A model generated the notes under the pieces. It did no database searches. It was not told the DNA's origin and saw only the letters and a program-made list of their open reading frames with translations. Of a stretch of 64,000 nt of DNA, positions 10,341-20,332 are shown piece by piece. Numbering within the stretch: the stretch's first letter is position 1; the number at the start of each line of letters is the position of its first letter. A program made the position numbers and the translations under genes. Source of the stretch: Candidatus Obscuribacteraceae bacterium (GTDB lineage: Bacteria > Cyanobacteriota > Vampirovibrionia > Obscuribacterales > Obscuribacteraceae); assembly GCA_044226015.1 (NCBI GenBank), contig JBGAHS010000005.1, positions 480,001-544,000 on the forward strand. The letters are read 5' to 3'.

Positions 10341-11660
10341 ATGGTTTTTGTTAGCTTCCCGACAAAACGCGCTTTCTTAGCCTTGAGTGCGTCGCTCTCG
10401 CTATTGACTCCTGTACTTGCTGATGAAGCTGGCACTCCTGCAGAACAGCCGAAGGCAGAGACATCTACAGGCACCGGATCGACGGCTGAATCGGCTGTGG
10501 AAAAGCCAGCTAGTGGCGAAACAACAACCGAGCGAGTTGAGCCGAAGGTTGAAGCTAAGCCCGAGTCAGCAGCTGAAGCCAAAGCCGACCCGCATAAGTC
10601 TGCCGAGCTTGAGAAGGGAATTATTGAAGCTAATGCACGCACTCATGCCGTTGAGAAAAGGCCAGCAGCGCCACCGTCTCACCCGACTGCTCAACCAATG
10701 CGGCTCTATGGACGTATTGAAGAACTCTGTGCTGGCACTGGCGCAAAAATTCCATTGAAAATGGTTGCAATGCAGCCTGTGCGTGATACCAGTTATGATA
10801 CCAAGCTCAGTGCTAATGCCACCAAGTTGAATGCAGGTGCTTCTCAGCTGGTGCAGTCTTTTCCAATTGATTATAGAGGCACCTGGAGTGGAGAGTTAAC
10901 GCTGAACTCAGTCAACTTTGACCCCAGCTACTTTAGCTGGAGTCCTGAGGTCGCCAACAAAGAAGCGCGTATGATGCGCCCTGGCATGAAGGGGTCTTGC
11001 TCAATAACCTTCTATCAGGGGGCTAACAACAAGATTGCTGCTGAACCATCGCAGGTACTTTTCCAGGCGATGGACACTCTTGCTGGCTCTGGAGGTTTAG
11101 GTCAGTTAGGGGCGATGGCGAACAATCCTATGTTTGCTAACATGCAAAACATGCAGGTTCCTGTAACTCTGGCTCTCAAATTGGGCGCACCCGTGCAAGC
11201 TTTCGAGCATGGTGTCACTGGTGACCAGATGAGCAAAGAGGTCATGAAGAACACGCTTAAAGAACTTGGTCGAGGGTATCTTGAACAAGATGTCGTCACT
11301 AAAGATACTGATCGTAGCGCAGATGGAAGAGCTAAAGTCGGTTATTCAGAAAGTGTGCTTCGTTTTACTCGTTTGAACGATCAGCAACTGTATGTGCAGG
11401 CTGCCTATGTTTACTACAATACACAGGCAAAATTCCAGGCTAAGTATATTCTATATGGAACACTGAACCGCACCTATGGTCAAGCTCCTGCGACGACAAC
11501 AAACCCTTACGGTACTCGCACTATGCCCAACCCTTTCGGTGGCATGATGCCGGGAGCTGGCGGCATGGGCGGTATGGGTGGTGGCGCTGGTGGTGCTCAG
11601 AGCTTGCAAGACGCGGCTGGTGCTTTACAGAAGATGTTGCAACAAATGGGTGGAAGGTAA
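10341..11660 (+). CDS. Secreted hypothetical protein (paralog A) with Met/Gly-rich C-tail
   Basis: Signal peptide, A/E/P/T linker, domain homologous to 12269..13243; ATG abuts the upstream stop. Confidence 0.75.
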   Translation: MVFVSFPTKRAFLALSASLSLLTPVLADEAGTPAEQPKAETSTGTGSTAESAVEKPASGETTTERVEPKVEAKPESAAEAKADPHKSAELEKGIIEANARTHAVEKRPAAPPSHPTAQPMRLYGRIEELCAGTGAKIPLKMVAMQPVRDTSYDTKLSANATKLNAGASQLVQSFPIDYRGTWSGELTLNSVNFDPSYFSWSPEVANKEARMMRPGMKGSCSITFYQGANNKIAAEPSQVLFQAMDTLAGSGGLGQLGAMANNPMFANMQNMQVPVTLALKLGAPVQAFEHGVTGDQMSKEVMKNTLKELGRGYLEQDVVTKDTDRSADGRAKVGYSESVLRFTRLNDQQLYVQAAYVYYNTQAKFQAKYILYGTLNRTYGQAPATTTNPYGTRTMPNPFGGMMPGAGGMGGMGGGAGGAQSLQDAAGALQKMLQQMGGR

Positions 11661-11672
11661 CTGGTAGAGGTC

Positions 11673-12188
11673 ATGGAAAAAGATTTAGAAGAACTTGCCG
11701 AAGTTGTTGAAGATATGATTCTTCAGCTCAGTTATCCCGGATTTGAAGAGCGGTCGCTCAAGATTAGCCTGCCTGAGCAGGTGAATAAGTTTCACCCAAA
11801 AGTATATGCTCAGTCCTTGAAGCACGAAAACAAGCTTGTAAGGCTTGCTGGCTTGCGCTGGTTTCAAGAACATACTGGTATCGCGAAGTCACATCTGCGT
11901 CTTTTGGCTGAGTGCTTAAGTGATGGCGATGAATGGGTGCGCAAAGAGTGCGTTCATTGCCTCGAAAAGCTTGACGGGTTGCCAGAAAACCTTGTCGAAA
12001 AAGTTGCAGAGCTTTTGAAAGATGCAGACAAAGACGTGAGGAAGTCTACTGCTAAAGCGCTTGGTAAAATCGGCGGAAAGTCTCAAGTGGTTATTGATGC
12101 TCTGAATGTGGCTGCCGAAGACGCGGATCATGAAGTGCGTTGGAAGGCACAAAAAGCCTTGCGCAAACTTGGAGCCTACGTAGCCTGA
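11673..12188 (+). CDS. HEAT-repeat protein
   Basis: Repeats LKHENKLVR, LSDGDEWVR, LKDADKDVRKSTAKALGKIG, DADHEVRWKAQKALRKLG; GAGG RBS. Confidence 0.88.
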   Translation: MEKDLEELAEVVEDMILQLSYPGFEERSLKISLPEQVNKFHPKVYAQSLKHENKLVRLAGLRWFQEHTGIAKSHLRLLAECLSDGDEWVRKECVHCLEKLDGLPENLVEKVAELLKDADKDVRKSTAKALGKIGGKSQVVIDALNVAAEDADHEVRWKAQKALRKLGAYVA

Positions 12189-12211
12189 GTGTGCTGATAA
12201 GTTAAAGCAGG

Positions 12212-12231
12212 CTGGAAGCCAGCGCTTCCAG
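12212..12231. other. Intra-operon hairpin without U-tail
   Basis: CTGGAAGC-cagc-GCTTCCAG perfect 8-bp stem between co-directional genes; possibly an mRNA stabiliser or processing site. Confidence 0.4.
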
Positions 12232-12268
12232 GGCGCTGCAAAATGGGCAAACATGGTTTCCACAAGCA

Positions 12269-13243
12269 TTGAGCAGAGCAAAAATGGGCAAAGCAATGTG
12301 TGTGCAGTTGCAGAAACAAATTCTCGTTTTGCTCTTTTTGTTCGGGCTAGCTGCTATTGCATTATTTACCCATTCGGAAGTTCGGGTGCAGGCTCAAAAT
12401 GCTGGTTCTGCTTCTAATACAGATACTGGTACTGACACTCGGTCTAGTTCATCGGGATTCGATTCGTCGTCAACGCGATCCGGATTGCCGTCATCGGGAT
12501 CCGGCTCCTCTTCATCGGGATCCGGGTCTACTTCATCGGGATCTCTGAAGTTATTTGGTCGTATCGAGCAACTTCGTGAGGATACAGGCGCGAGCATCCC
12601 TCTAAAAATGCAATCTATGAGCCCGAGGCGAGATGCGTCGCTTGATGCCGGGACTAGCGAACCAAAAACAGCAAGCACAAGTTTTGATTCTATTGGTATA
12701 GATCTTCGAGGCAGCTGGTCCGGCGAACTCCAGATAGTTTCCTCCTCATTCGATGGCAGCTATTTCACTTTTGATCGTGTCGAAGCTGAGCGCGAGTCGG
12801 CACTCTTGAAGCCAGGCTCTCGAGGTTTTACAACAGTGACTTTCTATCGAGGAAAGGACAGTGCAACTCATATGGATCCCTGCAGAATTGTGTTCATAAC
12901 AAACCTGCCAGGTTACGGCGACTATACATATGCCCTTCATCTTGGTGATTTGAAAACTGGAACAGGTGTAACTGGAAACGAGTTAAAGAGTCAGCTAATG
13001 AAAAATTCTCTAAAGGAGTTGGCCCCTGGTGTAATTGAGCAGGAAATTGTGACTCGAGATTACGATAGAAACCCGAAGACAAATAAATCGAAAATGGGCT
13101 ACTCAGAATCGGTTTTGCGTTTTACTCGAATAGACCAAAAACATATTTATTTGCAAGCCGCTTCGGTGAGTTACGATAGTAAAGGCAAGTTTCAATACAA
13201 AGTGATGCTTGCTGGAAACATGTTTCGAGCTCGCGGTGATTGA
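12269..13243 (+). CDS. Secreted or membrane-anchored hypothetical protein (paralog B)
   Basis: Hydrophobic N-terminus, Ser/Gly linker, domain homologous to 10341..11660. True start probably ATG 12284 or 12296. Confidence 0.75.
   Translation: MSRAKMGKAMCVQLQKQILVLLFLFGLAAIALFTHSEVRVQAQNAGSASNTDTGTDTRSSSSGFDSSSTRSGLPSSGSGSSSSGSGSTSSGSLKLFGRIEQLREDTGASIPLKMQSMSPRRDASLDAGTSEPKTASTSFDSIGIDLRGSWSGELQIVSSSFDGSYFTFDRVEAERESALLKPGSRGFTTVTFYRGKDSATHMDPCRIVFITNLPGYGDYTYALHLGDLKTGTGVTGNELKSQLMKNSLKELAPGVIEQEIVTRDYDRNPKTNKSKMGYSESVLRFTRIDQKHIYLQAASVSYDSKGKFQYKVMLAGNMFRARGD
12449..12544 (+). repeat. Degenerate in-frame 21-bp tandem repeat (~4.5 units) encoding a Ser/Gly linker
   Basis: Units start at 12449, 12470, 12491, 12512 and 12533, consensus TCATCGGGATCCGGnTnnnnn. 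Confidence 0.85.
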
Positions 13244-13251
13244 TTGGGACC

Positions 13252-15144
13252 ATGCTTACTAAAATTGAGATAGGCAGCACCTTTGACAATAAGTACGAAA
13301 TCCTAGCGGAACTTGGTTCAGGAGCCAATGGGACAGTTTTTCTTGCAGAGGAGACTGCACTCAGTCGCAAAGTCGCAATAAAAGTATTGAATATTGGTGC
13401 AGCATCGGTGAGTCGCGCTCGCTTTGAGCGTGAAGCCAAGGCGCTCAATCAGCTGAACCATCCAAATATTATTCACGTTTATCGCTTTGCGTTTCTGGAA
13501 GAGAATCCATTCATGGTGATGGAACTCGCTGAAGGGATTTCACTGCGCAAGTTGATTGATAGAGAAAAGAATTTACCCTGCAATCTTGCAGTCGACATTG
13601 CTATTCAGGTCGCCAGGGCTCTTCAGGCTGCCCATCAGCATGGCATCATTCATCGTGACTTGAAGCCTGAGAATATAGTTTTCGATGAGCAAAGTAAAAG
13701 CGTTAAAGTGTTGGATTTTGGACTCTGCAAGCATGAAATGCTCTCTCCAAATCAACAAGCCTCTCTAACAGAGACAGGGCTAATTTTAGGTACGGTGCTT
13801 TATATGAGCCCCGAGCAGTGTATGGGGAAAGAGCTGGATGTAAGGACAGACATTTATTCCTTTGCTTGCATATTGTACGAGCTGATTACCGGAACTCCGC
13901 CATTCACGTCCGAGAATGTGGCAAGAGTTGGTTTGATGCATATAAGTGAGCCCTTTCCTAAACTGCGAGAATTGTCTCCCGCTTCCGGATTACCCGAAGA
14001 GCTAGAGCAATTCATCCTGAAATGCTGCCAGAAAGATAAATCAAGTCGCTATTCTAGTTTTGATGAAGTCATGGAAAGCCTTCAATCGATTAAGGAACTT
14101 AATTCAAAAGCCAGGTTCAATACCAGAGAAGCAAAATCTCCACTTATTTTTCGTTTAGTAAAACGCATTACGCCCAAAATGTATGGTGCTGCTGCTGCTG
14201 TTCTTGTGCTGGCAATGATCTCGCTGGCATCGTATCTGGTGCTCACAGATGAGGGCGTCGAGTTGTTGGCAGCAGAAGTACAAAATAGCTTAACAGCAAA
14301 CGATGCGATTCCCCTGTTAACAGAAGGCGTGCACAAGCTTGTGCGAAATAAGCGAAATGCACTAGCCTCTAAAGTTGTAGAGAAATCTATTCATTCTAAG
14401 ATATTTTCGAAGTGGCCCACACTAGACAAGGAGGGCTTGCTTGATGCCTATATCAAAGAATTTTTGTTGATAGAAGATGACGAAATGGTTTTGAATTTGC
14501 GATTGCAGGCTCTTGAGATTGCTATCGACGCGGCGCGCCGAAATGAAAAGGAATCAAAAGAGCAATTCGCCTATGCAACACAGATTTCGAAAGAGCTGCT
14601 TAAAACTGATAGCAACAAAGCAAAACAGTGGAAATCAATTTTAGCGGTGACACAAAAGCTCATAGGAACCTACGGTGTTTTTCGCAAAACAGGCTACCTT
14701 TACGAGATGGTTTTGCTTTCCGAAGCATTACTCAAGCTAGAGAAAGGTTTTAGTTATGACGGACTACATACTCTGGCAGAGCAATGTTATTTCACCGGCG
14801 AGTGTGCTTTCGAGGCATCAAATGATGAGTTATGCAAAAAATATTGTGACCATGCAGTTAGGGTTGGTCGAAAAATTGAGTTTTTGAATGTACTTGCAAG
14901 AACCCATGTTACCCTCGGAATGCTAGCTGTTAGGCTGAGAGACATAGATGAGGCTAAACGCCAGAGAGATCTTGCCATTGAGGCATCAAAAACCTTGTTG
15001 CTTTCTACCGCAAATACAAGAAGACAGCAGCGGCTTATAGAATCAATAAAACTTGGGCGCCCAATCACATCATCGGAATTTGAGCAAAAACACCCTTCTG
15101 AGCAACGAGCACCTAGCGTCTTTGCTCCTTTCTACAATAAATAG
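13252..15144 (+). CDS. Hanks-type Ser/Thr protein kinase: N-terminal kinase, TM helix, helical (TPR-like) C-terminal region
   Basis: LGSGANGTV, VAIKVL, HRDLKPEN, DFG, GTVLYMSPEQ, DIYSFA; TM MYGAAAAVLVLAMISLASYLVL. Confidence 0.93.
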   Translation: MLTKIEIGSTFDNKYEILAELGSGANGTVFLAEETALSRKVAIKVLNIGAASVSRARFEREAKALNQLNHPNIIHVYRFAFLEENPFMVMELAEGISLRKLIDREKNLPCNLAVDIAIQVARALQAAHQHGIIHRDLKPENIVFDEQSKSVKVLDFGLCKHEMLSPNQQASLTETGLILGTVLYMSPEQCMGKELDVRTDIYSFACILYELITGTPPFTSENVARVGLMHISEPFPKLRELSPASGLPEELEQFILKCCQKDKSSRYSSFDEVMESLQSIKELNSKARFNTREAKSPLIFRLVKRITPKMYGAAAAVLVLAMISLASYLVLTDEGVELLAAEVQNSLTANDAIPLLTEGVHKLVRNKRNALASKVVEKSIHSKIFSKWPTLDKEGLLDAYIKEFLLIEDDEMVLNLRLQALEIAIDAARRNEKESKEQFAYATQISKELLKTDSNKAKQWKSILAVTQKLIGTYGVFRKTGYLYEMVLLSEALLKLEKGFSYDGLHTLAEQCYFTGECAFEASNDELCKKYCDHAVRVGRKIEFLNVLARTHVTLGMLAVRLRDIDEAKRQRDLAIEASKTLLLSTANTRRQQRLIESIKLGRPITSSEFEQKHPSEQRAPSVFAPFYNK

Positions 15145-15365
15145 ATGGCGTGCGGCGAATCAGGACAGAGAGAGCAGTAAGCAACCGACGCTTGGGGCGA
15201 TTATTTTCGTCCTGATTGGGAGAAACCGGGTGGCGCCAGACAGGAGATTCTGCGAGCCTTGTTGAGGCTTGGCTATTTCTCAGTTTACTAAGATAAGCAA
15301 ACAGAGTCTGAATTTCGGGGTGGCTCATTATCACTGCTCGGTGTCTTGTGCACCAGAGATTTGCT

Positions 15366-15941
15366 ATGAACAAGAAAAATGAATCTATAAAAGCTGCAGC
15401 ATTTCTAGCTATTGGAATTATGTTTGGCGTGTTGATTATGCTGAGCGCCCAATTTACTGGCTCTTCAGAGAAAGGAAGAGCCAATCAGTCATCGACAAAG
15501 ACAAACGAGGGTGCTGCTACGCAAAGCTCGACCGAACGCAATGCATCTGCAGAAGTTTCAGGCACTAATGGCGAGGGGCAAACTCAGACCGCCCAAGCTG
15601 TATCGCGTCCCAATATTGCAGGGTTGAAGCCTTGTCCTAATCCGCTTGATGTGGCGATGTCGCAATTAAATGCTCCTATGATGTATCAAGTGCAGGGTAA
15701 TCAATTGGTACCATTGCAAGAAGGTCAAACAATTACTGTGGCACCGGGTGATACCATGCCGTCTGTTTCCCCCGGCTATCAAGGCGCAGGAGACATCGTT
15801 CAAGCTGGACCATATCAACAAGTTTCTGGTCAGTATCATGCCCTTCCAGCTTTACCAGTTGGACGAAATGGACTGCTCGCTAACCCTTGTGTCGACCCTC
15901 CATCAGTTCATGGCATAGCTTACACAAGGCAATATCAGTAA
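15366..15941 (+). CDS. Hypothetical membrane-anchored or secreted protein
   Basis: N-terminal hydrophobic helix (AAAFLAIGIMFGVLIML), S/T/Q linker, P/Q-rich C-terminus with two Cys. Confidence 0.65.
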   Translation: MNKKNESIKAAAFLAIGIMFGVLIMLSAQFTGSSEKGRANQSSTKTNEGAATQSSTERNASAEVSGTNGEGQTQTAQAVSRPNIAGLKPCPNPLDVAMSQLNAPMMYQVQGNQLVPLQEGQTITVAPGDTMPSVSPGYQGAGDIVQAGPYQQVSGQYHALPALPVGRNGLLANPCVDPPSVHGIAYTRQYQ

Positions 15942-16046
15942 TTTCGTGTTTCCTTTTTCTTCGTCGGCATTCTTTGCACCAACAGTCTTTATTTCTGCAA
16001 ACTGGACATGCTATAACTCTGAGTCATCGTATGCTGCGGAGCTTGC

Positions 16047-16937
16047 ATGGTCGAGAATAATTATTCTCAAGATAAACTTGATAAAGCGAACGTTTTTGCC
16101 GAACTAGCTAGAAGAGCTTGGGCTGGACGAGATTATGCAAAAGCACAAGAATATTATCTGCTGTCCTTGAAGTTGTTGGAGTCAGAATTTGGTTCCGACC
16201 AACTTGCTCTGGTGCCTGCCCTTCACGACCTTGGTTTACTTTCGCGAGTTCGTGTGCGTTATGACGAATCTGAAAAGTACTATATAAGAGCCTTGAAAAT
16301 TTGCGAGCTTAAACTCGGAGCTGAAGCCCTTGGAACTGCAACGCGATTGAATTATCTGGCTGGTTTGTATAACGCTCAAGCCGAATTCCAATCGGCTGAA
16401 CTTCTTTTGTTACGCTCCCTTTCAATTTATAAAGCTCAGCTTGGTGAGGCTAATCAACAGGTTGCATTGATATTGATGGCACTTGCAATTCTTGCAAAGC
16501 GACAGCTGAAAGAGGCTGATGCTAAGGCATATAGGGATCAAATGCACAAAATAAATGCTGAGTTAATGCGCATTGATGATGTAAAAGTCGCGCTTAGCAA
16601 GCTTGCTGACTTCTTTTACACTCAAGGGAGGCTAGATGATGCAGACCTGGTATTTCGCTATGGGCTCATTCTGGGTGAAGAACAAGAGTTTCCACAACAT
16701 CCTTTCGTTGCAGAATCTTTGCTGGGCTTAGCCAGGTTGTACGCTGACTATGAAGCCTGGCCGGAGTCTATCTCGCTTTATGAACGGTCAATAGATGCAT
16801 GGGATAAGTTAAGTGTTGGTGAAGGTTCAGAATTGAAAGCTGCTTTGCTTGAGTATGCTGCGCTCTTGCGTAAGCTGAAAAGAACAACAGAAGCGGATCT
16901 ACTTGATAAACGCGCAGAGCAGATCAAAGGAACTTAG
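16047..16937 (+). CDS. Tetratricopeptide-repeat protein (TPR_12/kinesin-light-chain-like)
   Basis: LHDLGLL, YIRALKICELKLG, LNYLAGLY, HPFVAESLLGLARLY, YAALLRKLKR. Confidence 0.88.
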   Translation: MVENNYSQDKLDKANVFAELARRAWAGRDYAKAQEYYLLSLKLLESEFGSDQLALVPALHDLGLLSRVRVRYDESEKYYIRALKICELKLGAEALGTATRLNYLAGLYNAQAEFQSAELLLLRSLSIYKAQLGEANQQVALILMALAILAKRQLKEADAKAYRDQMHKINAELMRIDDVKVALSKLADFFYTQGRLDDADLVFRYGLILGEEQEFPQHPFVAESLLGLARLYADYEAWPESISLYERSIDAWDKLSVGEGSELKAALLEYAALLRKLKRTTEADLLDKRAEQIKGT

Positions 16938-19000
16938 TATTTCTTGTTCAAGATGTCAGCGTATTTGAGCGTCATCTCGGCATGGAGTAATTGTTGGCTC
17001 CGCTTAGCCCTGATGAAGTCGACCATTTGAACACCAGCCATCAAGCTTAGTCCGGTAGATGGCAAGACGTTGACCTTATCTATGAGTCCATTAATAGCTT
17101 TTAGCTTGTCAGCCGCATTCAGAGTGTTCAACACACCCCCCGACGCAAGCATCGAAGATCCTTCGGCACCAAATGCGGTATTACGAACAAGTGATCTCAA
17201 GCTGCCCGGTGCAAGCCCGGTTACTGCTGTAGCAAGGAAGTAGAACTGCCTTGCATTGTTTGCATACTCTCCAAGTTTGCTCTCCCTGGCTCCTGCATTG
17301 TTGATTACGCCGCTGAGACCGACAGTCATGCGGGTCGTTCCTGAAGCTAACTGCCAACGGAGCACTCTTGTAGCTGCTGTCGACCCCTCGGTGGCTGCAA
17401 CTTCGGCACTTGCTCTCAATGCAGATGTTAGTGCTACTTTACTTAGCTGCGCAGCTGCCACTCCTCCACGCAAGAGCTCAAAGCCTGAAACCGTTAGCCC
17501 AATATCAAGGGCAGACATTCCTACTTTTTCACCGTAGTACCAGGTCTGTTGCGTTCCTTTATATGAGGATAGATTTTCGGCTTTGATAAGTGAGAAACCG
17601 TTATTGTTGGGAACTACTACCAACTCTGTCTTGTCGAATTCTCTTCTTATGCTAAGTCTTTTGCCAACTTCCTGGGCTCCAAATAGATTTTGGTAGCTCC
17701 ACCACGGAACGCTTTTTGCTTGAACTTCTTGATTGACTTCAATTTTGTTTCCTTTTGGGACCACGTTGAAGTCGCTAGAAATCAAGTTTACGCTTTGAAG
17801 CGTTTCCCCATCGCCTGGCTTTCCAGCGTCACCGGTCAACCCTACAAGATTTCCAAGTCTGTCTATTCGCGCCTTTGTCTGGGTTCGCTCCATATCGCCC
17901 CAGTAGACTGCACGTTCTGAGTTGCTGCTAAGTTGTTCAAGCTGACTGACAATGGGCATGAGGATCTTTCTTTGATTAGAAACCCAGTCTGTGAGTTCCT
18001 TCATTCTTGCTTGACCTTCCGGCGTTGAAAGAGCTGCAGCATCAGGTAATGCCAGGTCGATGTGTTTAATTTCGTTATTTTCTCCGCGGACCACTTGGGC
18101 CCCTTGCGGCAAATTATTCTTGAATTGCTCACCGCCCGGAACGCAGGAGAGTTCATTCATAATCTTTATCTGGACTTTAGCTTGAATTGCAGCATCTGCA
18201 TAGGAGCGCATGGTTTCCAGTGCTGGACTCTGTTCAGTGCCAAGGGCATCGGACCAAGATTTCGGCAGGGCATAAGTCTTTATGTCATTTTGCAAAGTTT
18301 GCATATTCGCCGCGTCTGCAACAACTTGCGCTGTCAAAATCCAATTGATTGCTTCATCTAATTTGCCTACGTCTTCATTTTGTGGTGGCAGATCAGTGTT
18401 GATACCAATAGATAATGGCTGCTGTTGAGCGTTGGGATCTTCCTTTTCTACAAGTCCAATTTGTCCCATTTCCTGAGAAAGGGCGGGCAAGAATGTGTTT
18501 TCCAGTTGTCCTACGATCAGTTTGTAGGCGGTTTTGCTCGCGTTTCCAAATTCGCCTCTGGATTTTTCATCTTCAACTTGCTTCAACAAGTTTGCATTTT
18601 CGGATGCGTTTTCTTTGTTAATAAAACCCGGAAGCAATTTGATGATTCGCTCTTGCATTCTTGATTGCGGAGGACCATCAGTACCAAGTGTTAAATGAAG
18701 ATTCTCCATGAATTTCTGTTTTGCTTCAGGAGAATTATTGAAGTTAAAGGCGCTTTCCGTACGGGACAATCCAGAAACTGGATCTACTGATAGCGCCTTT
18801 GCTGCAGGCATCTCTATCAGAGTAATATTTGCAAATCCTAATTGCGCAAGATCATTATTTTTTGAATTTGGCTTGACTCCAGCAAGAAGCAGTGAGTCGC
18901 TTTCCAGAGCTTTTGACTCCGATTTGTCAGCATTCTTTTCAGTCGGCGGTATGACGATTGCTTCGTCCTTCAGCTTGCCTGCTTGTATGCTGTCTGCCAT
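16934..19000 (-). CDS. Hypothetical protein (688 aa) with Gly/Ala-rich hydrophobic C-terminal helices
   Basis: Long open frame with protein-like composition; no family motif recognised. Confidence 0.75.
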   Translation of the reverse strand: MADSIQAGKLKDEAIVIPPTEKNADKSESKALESDSLLLAGVKPNSKNNDLAQLGFANITLIEMPAAKALSVDPVSGLSRTESAFNFNNSPEAKQKFMENLHLTLGTDGPPQSRMQERIIKLLPGFINKENASENANLLKQVEDEKSRGEFGNASKTAYKLIVGQLENTFLPALSQEMGQIGLVEKEDPNAQQQPLSIGINTDLPPQNEDVGKLDEAINWILTAQVVADAANMQTLQNDIKTYALPKSWSDALGTEQSPALETMRSYADAAIQAKVQIKIMNELSCVPGGEQFKNNLPQGAQVVRGENNEIKHIDLALPDAAALSTPEGQARMKELTDWVSNQRKILMPIVSQLEQLSSNSERAVYWGDMERTQTKARIDRLGNLVGLTGDAGKPGDGETLQSVNLISSDFNVVPKGNKIEVNQEVQAKSVPWWSYQNLFGAQEVGKRLSIRREFDKTELVVVPNNNGFSLIKAENLSSYKGTQQTWYYGEKVGMSALDIGLTVSGFELLRGGVAAAQLSKVALTSALRASAEVAATEGSTAATRVLRWQLASGTTRMTVGLSGVINNAGARESKLGEYANNARQFYFLATAVTGLAPGSLRSLVRNTAFGAEGSSMLASGGVLNTLNAADKLKAINGLIDKVNVLPSTGLSLMAGVQMVDFIRAKRSQQLLHAEMTLKYADILNKKY

Positions 19001-19024
19001 TTCACATACCGGAAAGTTAATTTG

Positions 19025-20137
19025 CTACCAGGTTTCCGGAGATTGACCGGCCTGAGATGGGGTTGGGCTAATTAGTTCCAAAATCGGCGGAATTACGATG
19101 GCTGCTGCACCGAACCTTCCAACCGTCCTTGCTCCTCTGGCACCAAGTCTGCCACCATTTCTATAGTCAGCGCGGAATTCGTTGCGCACGTCGTTTGGCA
19201 CAAGATTTGTTCTTTCCGTAGTGCCCCACTTGATCTCTCTATATTTGTTAAAGCCCTGCTCGATTGATAGCATCCAATCTGCAATTTCTCCACGCTGGCG
19301 CGCACCCGCGGTTTTGTATTCCTTGGATAAGTAATCGATTACTTTACGGGTTTCTTGTTCGAACTCCTGCGGATCTTTCGATTGAAATCCCGATGGCATT
19401 GGAAAAAATTGTTCTTTGCTAACTGGGGCGGATTTGCCCGGAAGCCCGAACCAAAAGCCCGGTTTAACTGGTTCATTTCCGACCGGTTTACCTTCGATTA
19501 TTGATCGCAATGTCTTTTCGGTTTTGTCCAAGAATGCATTGGCTTCGGGATTACTAGTGTCAAGGTCAGCTGTTTTAGCATCAAATAACGATGGTTTTGA
19601 TTCAATCATCGTCACAAAGGGGTGATTTATTTTCTGATAGTTCTCTTTGGTCGAAGTGACATCTAGAAAAAACAATCTTCCCGTCTTGTTGTTGATAAGA
19701 ACGAAGTCAACATTCATATGATCGAGCGGCGAATTCTTTTGTGTCTGCAAAGCTATCCAGCCTTCGCTGGCCAGACCAGTAGCTCTGAGCACGTCATTCA
19801 TTGCTTTGTAGGTTCCATACTCGGTTCGACCACTCGAATTTCCCTGAGTGTCTTGCGCCATGCCCAAACGACCTATTGCGTCCTGAATGCCAGGACGAGC
19901 CAGTTGCAAGATTCTAATTGCAGTCGGATATTGTTCAGCGACATTGACAGCAGGCTTAGTTGTTTCCGCGGGTTTCGATACGTCGCCTTGCTTGGCGCCG
20001 TCGTCCTGCTTGGGGGCGCCCTCTGGTCTCGGTACCGCCGTAGCCTCGGAGCTTAATTTTGCTGCTGCTTTTCCCGACTCTTTTTCAGCCTGGTTTGCGT
20101 CTTTTGGTTCGCCAGCGTCTTTTTCTTTGTCACTCAT
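19025..20137 (-). CDS. Hypothetical protein with putative PD-(D/E)xK-like nuclease core
   Basis: SPLDHMNVDFVLINNKTGRLFFLDVTSTK segment; disordered N-terminus; likely start ATG 20137. The CDS is well supported but the nuclease call is tentative. Confidence 0.6.
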   Translation of the reverse strand: MSDKEKDAGEPKDANQAEKESGKAAAKLSSEATAVPRPEGAPKQDDGAKQGDVSKPAETTKPAVNVAEQYPTAIRILQLARPGIQDAIGRLGMAQDTQGNSSGRTEYGTYKAMNDVLRATGLASEGWIALQTQKNSPLDHMNVDFVLINNKTGRLFFLDVTSTKENYQKINHPFVTMIESKPSLFDAKTADLDTSNPEANAFLDKTEKTLRSIIEGKPVGNEPVKPGFWFGLPGKSAPVSKEQFFPMPSGFQSKDPQEFEQETRKVIDYLSKEYKTAGARQRGEIADWMLSIEQGFNKYREIKWGTTERTNLVPNDVRNEFRADYRNGGRLGARGARTVGRFGAAAIVIPPILELISPTPSQAGQSPETW

Positions 20138-20332
20138 TTGCTTTTCCAACTTCAACTTAACTCTAAAAAGGCCAGAGTTGCCGATCCTAGCTTAATATTC
20201 GGATAGCTGAAGCGAATTTAACATGTGCAAGTTTACCGTCCCGCAATGCATAAAAGTGCAGTTGCTATTCCAATTCTCTTGTTGGAAGCAGTAGTGGCAA
20301 CATATAAATGGTGGGTCGAGCTTAGGTGTGCC

